Shown here one piece after another: positions 18,198-27,479 of a stretch of 32,000 nucleotides of DNA. The first letter of the stretch is position 1; each line of letters opens with the position of its first letter. Position numbers and translations under genes: made by a program. The notes beneath the pieces were generated by a model. That model was given only the letters and a program-made list of their open reading frames with translations, was not told where the DNA came from and searched no databases. The DNA is from Planctopirus limnophila DSM 3776 (GTDB taxonomy: Bacteria; Planctomycetota; Planctomycetia; Planctomycetales; Planctomycetaceae): assembly GCF_000092105.1 (NCBI RefSeq), contig NC_014148.1:2100001-2132000 (forward strand), given 5' to 3'.

Positions 18198-19535
18198 ATG
18201 CTTAACGCTGATTCTCAAAACCGGGCTGGTCTACAGAATTTTCGGCTCCATCAAACTGTCACCGTCTGGGTGGGACTGGTGGTGGCGGTCTTGGCCTCAT
18301 TGAGTGTTCTTCAAGCGGTCATGGCGGCTCCCCAAAAGGTATCCGCCGCCAAGCCAGTTGCCAGAGCTATCATGAAACTGGAGCTTGATTACGTCGTCAA
18401 AATGGATCGCACCGAATATCCACTCAAACCCGGGGCGATCGTCACCCTTCAGATGAGTAATGGCAAAGTCTACGAGAATCTCGAGATTGCCCAGGTTCAG
18501 AATGGCACCAAACCAGATACTTTCAAACAGATTACGTTCAAACCATCGAAGGGTGTTCCTCCCAAAATCGCACCCGTGGCCATGCAGCAATTTCGAATGG
18601 AAGACAACGCTTACGATGTCGTGATCGATCCACAAAGCAAAGGTTACCTGCTGATTGATCTGAAGCGACGCGATGACATCGCCGCCGAACGATTGAAAAG
18701 CTCGGGACATCGTTTATGGAAGGAACCTTCCAGTGAAGCGGTCGAGAAGGCGAATGCCTTCTATGACGATCTGATGAAGAAAGCACAGTCTGATAATCCG
18801 CAAAGCCGCTTCCATAAGGTGGAAACTCAGTACTTCGTGTTTTTTACCGATATGCCCCCAGCCCATGTGGCTGCATATATTGCCAATCTCGACAAAATGT
18901 ACGACCAGCTTTGTGTCCTCTTCAGTGTGCCACAAGGGACAAACATCTGGCTGGGAAAATGCCCGGTGATCGTCTTTGCCTCGTCAAACGACTTTCGGAC
19001 ATTTGAAGCCCGTCATCTGGATAATCCAGAGACTCAAGGAATCGCTGGGCTGTCTCACCAGTGGAGTGATGGGCGAGTATTAACAGTCTGCGGTCGTGGT
19101 GATGACCCCGTCTTCTTTGCTGCCGTTTTAGTGCATGAAACCTCACACGGTTTTCTCCATCGAATTCGCTCAACGAGCCGCATTCCTCCCTGGATGAACG
19201 AAGGGATTGCCGATTGGGTGGCGGCTGTCGTCGTTCCACAAAGCGATCATATTGCCAATCGCATGAATGGAGCGATCCCTCAAATCAAAGCCACTGGAAC
19301 TCTGGATGGACTGCTCAGCTCCAATGGCCGGATTGATGGCTGGCAGTACGGCGTCGCAGCCACCATGACACAGTTTCTCGTCACGACCGATGCCAATGCA
19401 TATCGCGGGTTAATCACGGCTGTCAAAGAAGGCTTTACCTGGCAACAGGCTCTCGAACTCACCTACGGCATCACTCCGGCACAACTTGTTTCGGCCTACG
19501 GGAAGCAACTGGGATTTCCCGCCCTGCAGCCTTAA
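18198..19535 (+). CDS. secreted putative MA-clan zinc metallopeptidase (DUF1570 / Peptidase_MA_2-like)
   Basis: N-terminal hydrophobic signal or anchor. HExxH motif (LVHETSHGF) followed by PPWMNEGIADW, a candidate third-ligand Glu. Confidence 0.65.
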   Translation: MLNADSQNRAGLQNFRLHQTVTVWVGLVVAVLASLSVLQAVMAAPQKVSAAKPVARAIMKLELDYVVKMDRTEYPLKPGAIVTLQMSNGKVYENLEIAQVQNGTKPDTFKQITFKPSKGVPPKIAPVAMQQFRMEDNAYDVVIDPQSKGYLLIDLKRRDDIAAERLKSSGHRLWKEPSSEAVEKANAFYDDLMKKAQSDNPQSRFHKVETQYFVFFTDMPPAHVAAYIANLDKMYDQLCVLFSVPQGTNIWLGKCPVIVFASSNDFRTFEARHLDNPETQGIAGLSHQWSDGRVLTVCGRGDDPVFFAAVLVHETSHGFLHRIRSTSRIPPWMNEGIADWVAAVVVPQSDHIANRMNGAIPQIKATGTLDGLLSSNGRIDGWQYGVAATMTQFLVTTDANAYRGLITAVKEGFTWQQALELTYGITPAQLVSAYGKQLGFPALQP

Positions 19536-19816
19536 TCAGTTCATACCACCCGGAACACCACCGGCACAATCCGCCGACAATACTCGGCAAAACTTTTCGG
19601 CCGATGTTCAAGCGTGAAAATTCCAGCGAAAGTGACCATGTCACTTTGGGTAATTTGTAGCGGGCTCGCGGTGAAGTGAGGAAAGGTTGTAAGTCATCGC
19701 TCGTCCGTTCCGATGTCATGATTACTGAGGGATAGGGATCTGTCTTCCGAGAGTGTGATGGAGCACCTTCGTGTGAGATTATGGCCGCCTCAGCCCTTTC
19801 ACGACGCGATTGATCC

Positions 19817-21310
19817 ATGTCGTTTGCCGGTGCACGCTCCGCAGGTGATCGACGCCGCCGGCGAATGGCTGTCGGCCACGATCACGGTACGGAGAGATCA
19901 CCAGAAAATGGTGAGTCGATTCCACTGGCCGATCTGCTCCAGAAAACAATGGCCGGAAGATCGCTTAAGCTGATTCCTGGCCTGCCAGTGCGTCTCTGGG
20001 TTGTCTGGTTGACGATTTCTCTGGCGACTTTATCAGTCGCTTTTGCCAGTTGGCTGTTGATAGCCCACACCTCGTTGCCAGTTTTCTTTGCCCCAATCAC
20101 ACAGCGACTATTCAGCTCAAGCGACGCTGTGTTTTCGATTGTGCTCGAATCTGCAGGATGGCTGGCCGCTGGTCAGATCTTTTTCCTGATTGGCTGGTGC
20201 CGATCTCGCAGTTCGCTCGATTTCAAAGGACGGTACCGGGTCTGGTATTGGGCCGGCGTCTTGTCACTGACCGTTTCACTGTGCAGATTGCTCGATCTTC
20301 ATAGCGCTATTGCCGAGATGATCCTGCAGACCACTCAATGGAAGTTCTGGAACCCCGTCAACGTTCTTTGGACTTCAGCTGCGTTCTTCACAGGCACACT
20401 CCTGGTGCGCAATCTCGATCGTGACATGCGATCCAGCCGGCTCTCTCTCTGGAGTCTCCGAGTCACAGCCGCTCTGATGATGATCTGCGTCTGTATGCGA
20501 CTGGCGATGGATCGCTCGGCGAGCCTGAACGGGCAGGTCAATGCCAATGCCGAACTGTCTCTGGCAATTCTTCGGCTGTGGACAGCAGGTGCTGTGTTGG
20601 TGACTGCCTGGCTGCATCTCAGGCAGGTCGTCTACTTCTCGGCGGATCCTCCAGCTTCTCAAGAGCGTCGAGCGAACCGGATTACACGAGTTCTCAGCGG
20701 AATGAAGCTTTTCCGCTGGTGGGGAGTGAAACGCCCTGCGGCTCCAGCAAAGCCAACCCGTGTTCGCAAGAAAGCGGCTGCGTCTGAAGATGCTCCCAAA
20801 AAGACCACCCGCAAGAAAGCGACGAAAAAACGGACAACGCGTGCCAGGACAGTCGTTCAAAGTGAAGTGGCTGATGACAGCGAATTGAGCGAAGCCACTT
20901 ATGACGAAGAGAGCTACGAATCAGGCGATCAATCGACTGACGAATCCGGGGAAGAACCACTCGACCGAGATGCGGAGATCCAGCGTGCGATGGATGAAGA
21001 AGATTGGGATCGTCTCGAAGAATTGACGCGTCCCGATCATGCCAACGCATCGAATTCGTCCTCTTCAGGAAAAGATCGCTCAACACGTCACCATCAGTCA
21101 GCCAGTTCCTCTCGAAAACAGGTTGAGGAAGAATCTGATGTCAGTGATGAAGCAACTGATTCAGCAGACTCTGGGGAAGAGTCTGCTGACCAGGATTATA
21201 TGAGGGTTGATGAAGGGCACAAATCCCTCAAAGGGCTGTCCAAGAAACAACGCCGCGACATGAAAAAACGCCAGAAGCATGGTGGCTACGACGACAGCGA
21301 TGACGAGTAA
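19817..21310 (+). CDS. multi-pass membrane protein with a long basic-then-acidic disordered C-terminal tail
   Basis: Several hydrophobic segments lie within roughly residues 55-265. A KKxxxxKK-rich stretch follows, then a D/E/S-rich tail ending …KKRQKHGGYDDSDDE. The start is uncertain, with alternatives at 19865 and 19949. Confidence 0.6.
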   Translation: MSFAGARSAGDRRRRRMAVGHDHGTERSPENGESIPLADLLQKTMAGRSLKLIPGLPVRLWVVWLTISLATLSVAFASWLLIAHTSLPVFFAPITQRLFSSSDAVFSIVLESAGWLAAGQIFFLIGWCRSRSSLDFKGRYRVWYWAGVLSLTVSLCRLLDLHSAIAEMILQTTQWKFWNPVNVLWTSAAFFTGTLLVRNLDRDMRSSRLSLWSLRVTAALMMICVCMRLAMDRSASLNGQVNANAELSLAILRLWTAGAVLVTAWLHLRQVVYFSADPPASQERRANRITRVLSGMKLFRWWGVKRPAAPAKPTRVRKKAAASEDAPKKTTRKKATKKRTTRARTVVQSEVADDSELSEATYDEESYESGDQSTDESGEEPLDRDAEIQRAMDEEDWDRLEELTRPDHANASNSSSSGKDRSTRHHQSASSSRKQVEEESDVSDEATDSADSGEESADQDYMRVDEGHKSLKGLSKKQRRDMKKRQKHGGYDDSDDE

Positions 21311-21396
21311 ACGCGATTCATGGGGAATCGAACCTGAGGGCACTCACTTTTGGTTGTGCTTTCCGCGTGGCAATCTCTCTGAACGTGGATCAAAGA

Positions 21397-22329
21397 TCAG
21401 ACATCGCACAGGTGAATGGCTTCTTTTAGTCCAATCGCTGGATCCATGGTGGGAATGAATTCGTGCCCCACATAGCCCTGGTAGCCCACATCCAGCAAGG
21501 CCTGCATGACGGCAGGGTAATTGACTTCCTGATTCACATGCAGTTCACCGCGACCTGGATTACCGGCCGTGTGAATATGGCCCAGCCAATCTTTGTGCTG
21601 ATGAATCCTCGAGATCAAATCACCATCCATGATTTGAACATGGTAAATATCAAATAACAGCTTCACTCGCGGCGAACCGACCTGTTTGAGAATCTCGACG
21701 CAGTAATCGACATGATCCCCCTGATATCCGGGATGTCCTTTCATCGGATGGGTCGATACCCGGCTATTCAGATGCTCGAGGCAAAGCGTGACCTGTTTCT
21801 CTTCGGCATAACCGGCGATCTGCTTGTAAGCCTTAACGCAATTCGCCATACCCACGTCATCAGGAATGATGACTCCCTTCGAGTTCGCTCTCATCCCGGT
21901 GAATGTGATCACACTGGGGCAGCCAAAGTCCGCCGCTTGATCAATTTTCTTTCTCAGAACTGTCAGACATTCTTCATGATTGGCAGGATCGTTGACCCCT
22001 TTGACAAAACCATGGCTCGAAGCAATCGCGCAGCTTAATCCGTGTTCTTTGAGAACAGGCCAGTGCACAGGATCCACCAGTTCCACACTCTGGGCACCCA
22101 GTTTTTTCGCCTGACGACAAAACTCGTGAATGTCCTTCCAATAGTCTTTATAGCACCAGTGAACCAGCGAATGGCGAATGTTCCCCTTCAGTGCCGGGCT
22201 CGTTGATTCCTGGGCAGAGGCAGCGCTGGTATTGATGGCTGCAGTTCCCGCTAAAGCAGCACCAGCCGCGATTGCTGCGAGACAGTCTGATGTCTGACCG
22301 AGCCATTCTCTGCGAGTTGAAGTCGTCAT
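21397..22329 (-). CDS. Tat-signal sugar phosphate isomerase/epimerase (xylose-isomerase-like TIM barrel; hydroxypyruvate-isomerase-like)
   Basis: Twin-arginine-like N-terminus (TSTRREWLGQ…AASAQ). TIM-barrel blocks: LCLEHLN, FDIYHVQIMDGD, HIHTAGNPGRGE, GHEF. Confidence 0.85.
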   Translation of the reverse strand: MTTSTRREWLGQTSDCLAAIAAGAALAGTAAINTSAASAQESTSPALKGNIRHSLVHWCYKDYWKDIHEFCRQAKKLGAQSVELVDPVHWPVLKEHGLSCAIASSHGFVKGVNDPANHEECLTVLRKKIDQAADFGCPSVITFTGMRANSKGVIIPDDVGMANCVKAYKQIAGYAEEKQVTLCLEHLNSRVSTHPMKGHPGYQGDHVDYCVEILKQVGSPRVKLLFDIYHVQIMDGDLISRIHQHKDWLGHIHTAGNPGRGELHVNQEVNYPAVMQALLDVGYQGYVGHEFIPTMDPAIGLKEAIHLCDV

Positions 22330-22420
22330 GATCTCTTTCCTGATGTCACTTCAGTCTGAGTTGAGAAAAGGATTATGCCATCTTTTGAGCGGGAAGAAAG
22401 TCCGATCAATTCAAACAACC

Positions 22421-22464
22421 AAAAAGCAAAGAACCCTGTGCAGACAAATATCTGCAAAGGGTTC
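22421..22464 (-). terminator. rho-independent terminator after the CxxC secreted protein gene
   Basis: Minus strand reads GAACCCTTTGCAGA-tatttg-TCTGCACAGGGTTC with one mismatch, followed by TTTGCTTTTTGG. Confidence 0.6.
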
Positions 22465-22532
22465 TCAATGAGTTGCCAGTCATGAAGGAAAAGATACCTG
22501 GCGATTACCAGGCCAATCTTCCCCGATATGGA

Positions 22533-23090
22533 CTACTCAAGAATTTTGGAAGCATCTTTGGAGATGGCAGCAATCGTTTCCTCAGTGAGATCCTTGGCGG
22601 CGAAGCCCTTGTTGACCTTCACTTTGCCTTCGACCCACATCATGACAGTAACTTCGGCCTGTGGATTGAGCTTGTAGCTCTTGGGACCAGCGGCGCCCTC
22701 AAATGTGGTCAATGGAATCTGCTTGATGGAATGCTTGGTCGCCACTTCGGACAGCTTTGCTTCCGCAGAGCTGGGCGAGTCGCTGGTCAGCACCAGGAAG
22801 CCAGCCATCTTGGCGTCGCGGTTGGCAGAGACCACACCATCCAGCGCCTTGGTCAGCTTGGCGACGTTTTCATCAACGTCCTTGGTGAAAATAGAGACCA
22901 CAGGCTGATTGCCAAAGCGGCAGCGATAGCAGAGGTCTTCACCCTTCTGAGGGCCGGTAACATCATGCACATAAAACGCAGGAACTCGCTGGCCTGCGGA
23001 AAGTCCGGATTCAATTTCAGCAGCCGTTGAAACCACAACACCTGTCGCAACAGCAGCCAGAACAGCCAAAGACGCAAACAACTTCTTCAT
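22533..23090 (-). CDS. secreted thioredoxin/peroxiredoxin-fold protein with CYRC motif
   Basis: Signal peptide MKKLFASLAVLAAVATGVVVSTAA. VPAFYVHDVTG…LCYRCRFGNQPVVSIF resembles an AhpC/TSA-like fold. I chose the start at 23090 (GGAG upstream); the longest ORF extends to 23105. Confidence 0.6.
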   Translation of the reverse strand: MKKLFASLAVLAAVATGVVVSTAAEIESGLSAGQRVPAFYVHDVTGPQKGEDLCYRCRFGNQPVVSIFTKDVDENVAKLTKALDGVVSANRDAKMAGFLVLTSDSPSSAEAKLSEVATKHSIKQIPLTTFEGAAGPKSYKLNPQAEVTVMMWVEGKVKVNKGFAAKDLTEETIAAISKDASKILE

Positions 23091-23578
23091 TCGGAAACTC
23101 CACATTTAACGAGGTGATCAATCAAGCCGATTTTCAGAGAAGAATCAATCCTCAGTGAAAACCAATGCAATTCCTGCATCACAGCTTAGTCATGTACCGG
23201 AATTTGATCCAGAACTTTCACGAAAGAACTGGGATCGGACGAAAAATGATGAAATGACGGATTGATCTTCTTATCGAAGCATCCCGCTTAAGGCGGTCTG
23301 ACTTCGTCACCATGCCAACCGATCAACGAGAAGAAGCAACGAAGGCCGACAGCCCTGTCCGGAAGCCCCTCCAACGCAGAGTGACTTCGCGCCGTCGGCC
23401 TTCGCTGCGATCCCCATGATTGAGATAAGCAGGATCTGTGCCAGCGGCGCAATTTGCACCTTTATCAGCGATTTTCCGAGAGTTTTCGCGTTGGTCACTC
23501 CGCTAGATTTCCCATACTGACGCGAAAATGAAAATTTGATCGTCAGAATGACAACGCTTTACCTTTTTCCAACAACGC

Positions 23579-24550
23579 TCAAACGACGAATTCACCATTT
23601 TGAAACCGGGAGCCAGCGGGCTCATTGTTTTCAGGTTTTCCCTCGACATGTGCCCAGTTATGAATGGGCTTCAAAATCTTCAAGACTTCCTGAAGCAGCT
23701 CTTCATCAATAGGTTCTTCTGCCCACCGGCACCATTCCGAAACTCGGGCCGGGTTCGCGGTCCCGGCAATGCAGGTCGTCATCTCTTCATTTCGAATCGA
23801 GAACTGGAGCGCCAGCTTGGCAAGATCACTCCCATGTTCTTTGCAGTAAGCCGCCGCCTGAGCAGCGACTTCCCGAACCTTGGGTGTTGCCTTATGCCAG
23901 ACAGGCAACGGATCATTGCACAAGAGCCTGGCAGCAAACGGGGCCGCATTCTCGATCCCCACTCCGCGTTCCTTCAAAAACGGAACGAGATCTCCAAAAC
24001 TTGTGTTCTGCAACGTGTAATGATTGTACGACAGCACCACATCCAGAGGTGTCTGCTTGAGCACGGTGGTGAAGTTCTTCAGTGGGTAGCCGCTGACGCC
24101 GATAAACCTCACTTTGCCCGACTTTTGTACTTCCCGCAAAGCCGGGATCGTCTCGTCGATGACCTGCTGGACATCGACAAATTCAATGTCATGGCAGATC
24201 ATGATGTCGATGTGATCCGTCCCCAGTCGATGCAGACTGACATCCACACTTTCACGCACACGCTTCGCTGAAAAATCGAAATGATTCGAATCGTATCGCC
24301 CCAGTTTCGTCTGGAGAATGTACGAGTCGCGCGGAATCTCCCGGAAGAGAATTCCCAGCAGCACTTCCGACATCCCGCGCCCATAAAACGGCGCCGTATC
24401 GATGAAGTTCATACCCTCGTCGAGTGCGACCCGAACGGCCTGCATGGCCTCGGAGACATCCACTTTACGAAACTCCTGCCCTAACGATGAGGCTCCAAAG
24501 CCGACCACCGGTAGCTTAAGTCCTGTCTTACCCAATTCGCGATACTGCAT
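23579..24550 (-). CDS. aldo/keto reductase, L-galactose / L-fucose 1-dehydrogenase-like
   Basis: MQYRELGKTGLKLPVVGFGASSLG, FDFSAKRVRESVDVSLHRL, CHDIEF, ETIPAL, RFIGVSGYPL and LSYNHY match my recollection of the plant L-GalDH-type AKR subfamily. The neighbouring gene is fucU. Confidence 0.85.
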   Translation of the reverse strand: MQYRELGKTGLKLPVVGFGASSLGQEFRKVDVSEAMQAVRVALDEGMNFIDTAPFYGRGMSEVLLGILFREIPRDSYILQTKLGRYDSNHFDFSAKRVRESVDVSLHRLGTDHIDIMICHDIEFVDVQQVIDETIPALREVQKSGKVRFIGVSGYPLKNFTTVLKQTPLDVVLSYNHYTLQNTSFGDLVPFLKERGVGIENAAPFAARLLCNDPLPVWHKATPKVREVAAQAAAYCKEHGSDLAKLALQFSIRNEEMTTCIAGTANPARVSEWCRWAEEPIDEELLQEVLKILKPIHNWAHVEGKPENNEPAGSRFQNGEFVV

Positions 24551-24616
24551 CTTCGTTCCTGAATCTGGCAGGGATATCTTTGTCGAAACAATTTATGCAC
24601 GCACAATTCACGCAGC

Positions 24617-25063
24617 TTATGGCTGACGCACACCGACTTTAAGCAACAGATTCGCCCAGAGTGCCACATCTCCGGTTTGGATCGTCAGGACATGGTCGGT
24701 CGATTTCACTTCTTCGTAGAAGTCCCACTTGGAGATCGGTGTCAAAGGAATCGAAAGACCGGCTGCTGCCATCGTGGCAGAAAATTCCTTCCACACCGGG
24801 GGATCACCCAATTGTGCATACGGGTCATCGGCAGGGATTCCCATGGTATGCACATGATCGATCGGTATCGCCGAAAGTATGGCTTCGAGCACCTGATTTA
24901 CCGTCACCAGCCCTGGCGATAGATTCAACGAAATCAGCGTCCCATTGGGCCCCATGGTTGTTGAAGCGGGGTAGTTGCCATCCGCAATCAGGATGCGGGC
25001 ATGATGCCCAGCCCGTCCCAGGACAGCGAGAATATCAGGATGAATCAGTTTGGATTTGAGCAT
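24617..25063 (-). CDS. fucU: RbsD/FucU family mutarotase (L-fucose mutarotase-like)
   Basis: MLKSKLIHPDILAVLGRAGHHARILIADGNYP matches the FucU/RbsD N-terminus. I chose the start at Met19 of the long ORF. Confidence 0.8.
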   Translation of the reverse strand: MLKSKLIHPDILAVLGRAGHHARILIADGNYPASTTMGPNGTLISLNLSPGLVTVNQVLEAILSAIPIDHVHTMGIPADDPYAQLGDPPVWKEFSATMAAAGLSIPLTPISKWDFYEEVKSTDHVLTIQTGDVALWANLLLKVGVRQP

Positions 25064-25171
25064 TTGGATATGTTTCGTCTGGAGAGCAGGTTCAAGCGAC
25101 TCAATCTCGTTGATCAAAACATAATGATCTTTGCCTCGCGATGAAAGCTGGCGATCTCTTCCACAACCAAC

Positions 25172-25687
25172 TCACCCACCGGGCGAGTCATCAGTGGTGA
25201 TTTCTGGAGGAGAAACCGGTGGATTGGTCGCCAGCCTTCTCAATTCCCGAGTCAAAAGCTGGTCAAGGGCCTGAGCAAACCGCTGCTTGTCTTTCACACC
25301 ATAAGGTGCCGGCCCACCTGTCAATAATCCCGCTTCGCGCAGTTGATCGTTCAAATCGCGCGCAGCCCGGCGTTCGCCAATCGTTTCCTGTGTACAGAGA
25401 TAGCCATGAAAGTCGATGACGAACACGCCTTGAGGAATCAGGTCAGACATCAGCGGCACATCACTGGTGATTGCCAGATCGCCTCGATTGGATTGAGCGA
25501 CAATGTATCGATCAGCGACATCGGGCCCACCGGGAACAATCTGCAGTTTGACAAATCGATTTCCAGTTGGAACCCACATGCCAGAATTCGCCACCACAGT
25601 GGTTTCCAGCTGGAGTCGAGTGGCTGCCCGGAAGACGAGTTCTTTCACTTCCCGCGGACTGGCATCCCCATCGATCCAGATCTTCAT
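25172..25687 (-). CDS. YaiI/YqxD family protein (UPF0178, DUF188)
   Basis: MKIWIDGDASPREVKELVFRAA…VVAN…VPGGPDVADRYIV is characteristic of DUF188. Confidence 0.8.
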   Translation of the reverse strand: MKIWIDGDASPREVKELVFRAATRLQLETTVVANSGMWVPTGNRFVKLQIVPGGPDVADRYIVAQSNRGDLAITSDVPLMSDLIPQGVFVIDFHGYLCTQETIGERRAARDLNDQLREAGLLTGGPAPYGVKDKQRFAQALDQLLTRELRRLATNPPVSPPEITTDDSPGG

Positions 25688-25771
25688 ACACGATCCTTAT
25701 GGCTATACCTCAATCTCAGTGTCGTCGGCGATAAGACGTCGACTCCTGAGACTCCATGATTGCCAGACGTT

Positions 25772-25814
25772 CAAAAAAACCAGAAAGGCAAAAGGCCATT
25801 GCCTTTGCCTCTCT
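25772..25814 (-). terminator. rho-independent terminator after the sulfatase gene
   Basis: Minus strand reads AGAGGCAAAGGC-aatg-GCCTTTTGCCTTTCT followed by GGTTTTTTTGAA. Confidence 0.7.
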
Positions 25815-25844
25815 GGAATTCGGTCAAGGTCAAACTTTGGGATA

Positions 25845-27479
25845 TCAGTTGCCTGTGGGCAAAGGAATTCGAATGCCTTCTTTTTCGAGCAGTTCGCGAA
25901 CATGTTTCAGTCGCTCAAATTCAGGAATCGTAATGGGGCCTGTATAGGCCTCGCTTTGCATTTTTCGAGGTGGATAGGTGAGATAAGTTTTCATCAGATC
26001 CTTGATGGCCACATTGAACGACACCAGAATCCATGTACGTTCTGTGTAGTTATTCATAAAAATATCGTAGCGTTCTTGAGGATCCTGCCAGAGGTCAAAT
26101 ACCTGTGGAACTGTGGCAACATATTTTTCGGGCCCTTTCCAGCCCAGGTTTGAATCAACACTCAGTCCTCCCGTTGGTTGGCCATCATCTCCCCTCAGGT
26201 TGAATACGACCTTATAGTTCCCAATTCGAATAGCGCCGGGGCTCAGTTCCGTTTCGGTGAAGTAGAACCACGAGTTTCTTGGACATTTACCACTCCCAGT
26301 GAGGACCGGAGTCAGGTCATAGCTATCAAAAATCATAGGTTGGCCTTCACGATCTTTCGTTGGTAGCTGTACCCCGGCAACTGAGGCAAATGTCGCCATC
26401 AAGTCCAGACCACCCACGATATCGTGATTTCGTACTGCAGGCTTAATTTTTCCAGGCCAGACGGCAATCGCAGGCACACGATTCCCACCCTCGCGAACAG
26501 TCCCCTTGGTTCCGCGAAATGGTGTGTACCCGGCATCAGGGTAGACATCCTGCCAGGCGCCGTTATCAGTCGTGTAGAAAATCAACGTATTCTGATCGAG
26601 CTTTAATTCTTTCAACTTATCGACCACACGGCCAATGCGCGTATCGAGCTCAACAACAGAATCGGCATACTTCGACTTCGAAGGTGACTTATGCACAAAC
26701 TCCGGTGCTGGAAGATTCGGCTGATGCACCTTCATGAAGTTGATATGTGCAAAGAAGGGCTGATTGGGAGTTTTGGCGGCATCTTCCAGAAAACTGATGC
26801 CCGACTGCTCAATGTACTGATCCAGAAATGGAATCCCGACGACGCCTTTGTCCGGCGTGTTGACATACTGGCCATTGACCTTCCAGTCTTCGCGAGCTTT
26901 TTCGCCAGCATTCCCTGAAAGCGAACCTTTGGTGATCTTTCCGAAGAGTTCCCTCAGCGATGGATCCATATCCGGGAACCAGGTGGGATCACCATAGGTG
27001 TAGGCATTGCAATGGTAAAGAAAGCAATGCTTCATCACGTCATAGCCATGAGCATTCGGCAGAGCGTAATCGGCTTCCCCCAGATGCCATTTGCCCGTGA
27101 AGTATGTTTTGTAGCCACCCTGTTTGAGTACAGAACCCAGCGTCCACTCGGCTTTAGGAAGTCCGCCACCTTCACCCTGAAAAGCCACTGTCGTCATTCC
27201 ACTCCGATTAGGAATGCGACCTGTAACAATGGCCGCACGCCCTGGCGTGCAACTGGGCTGAGCATAAAACGAGAAAAAGGTCATACCATTTGCTGCCAGC
27301 CGATCGATATTCGGTGTTGGCATCCCGCGGCCTTCTCCTCCCCCATAAGGCCCGAGATCGCCATATCCCGTATCGTCCGAAATGATCAGCAGAATATTGG
27401 GCTTGTCCGCCGCCATCGCCATTCCAGACAGCATCCATCCCAGGGCCAACGTCAGCAGGCTCATGTGAAGTTGTTTCAT
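25845..27479 (-). CDS. arylsulfatase-family sulfatase (formylglycine-dependent), secreted
   Basis: Signal peptide MKQLHMSLLTLALGWMLSGMAMA. NILLIISDDTGYGDLG and the CxPxR motif (PSCTPGRAAIVTGR). The longest ORF runs to 27617, and Met 27497 is another possible start. Confidence 0.95.
   Translation of the reverse strand: MKQLHMSLLTLALGWMLSGMAMAADKPNILLIISDDTGYGDLGPYGGGEGRGMPTPNIDRLAANGMTFFSFYAQPSCTPGRAAIVTGRIPNRSGMTTVAFQGEGGGLPKAEWTLGSVLKQGGYKTYFTGKWHLGEADYALPNAHGYDVMKHCFLYHCNAYTYGDPTWFPDMDPSLRELFGKITKGSLSGNAGEKAREDWKVNGQYVNTPDKGVVGIPFLDQYIEQSGISFLEDAAKTPNQPFFAHINFMKVHQPNLPAPEFVHKSPSKSKYADSVVELDTRIGRVVDKLKELKLDQNTLIFYTTDNGAWQDVYPDAGYTPFRGTKGTVREGGNRVPAIAVWPGKIKPAVRNHDIVGGLDLMATFASVAGVQLPTKDREGQPMIFDSYDLTPVLTGSGKCPRNSWFYFTETELSPGAIRIGNYKVVFNLRGDDGQPTGGLSVDSNLGWKGPEKYVATVPQVFDLWQDPQERYDIFMNNYTERTWILVSFNVAIKDLMKTYLTYPPRKMQSEAYTGPITIPEFERLKHVRELLEKEGIRIPLPTGN

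Noticed and set aside
19471-19818. A 115-aa minus-strand ORF fills the gap between the peptidase and the membrane-protein genes.
   Set aside because: It overlaps the 3' end of the peptidase gene by 65 nt. It has no signal or domain features and a low-complexity Arg/Ser composition. It is more likely the non-coding upstream region of the downstream gene.
21321-21345. GGAATCGAACC at about 21324-21334 is the reverse complement of the tRNA T-arm consensus GGTTCGATTCC. This suggested a minus-strand tRNA or a tRNA-derived att remnant in the convergent gap at 21311-21396.
   Set aside because: When folded on the minus strand, the flanking bases give only 3 of 5 T-stem pairs (TCAGG / CCCCA). No complementary acceptor arm lies about 65-70 nt upstream, and I could build no anticodon or D arm. 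No integrase or direct repeat is nearby. tRNAscan-SE or ARAGORN would settle it.
10770-23105. A thiol-redox theme (trxB, a WCxxC thioredoxin-fold protein and a CYRC thioredoxin-fold protein) might have formed one system.
   Set aside because: The three genes are separated by kilobases and by unrelated genes, lie on different strands and have their own terminators. Nothing indicates a functional cluster.
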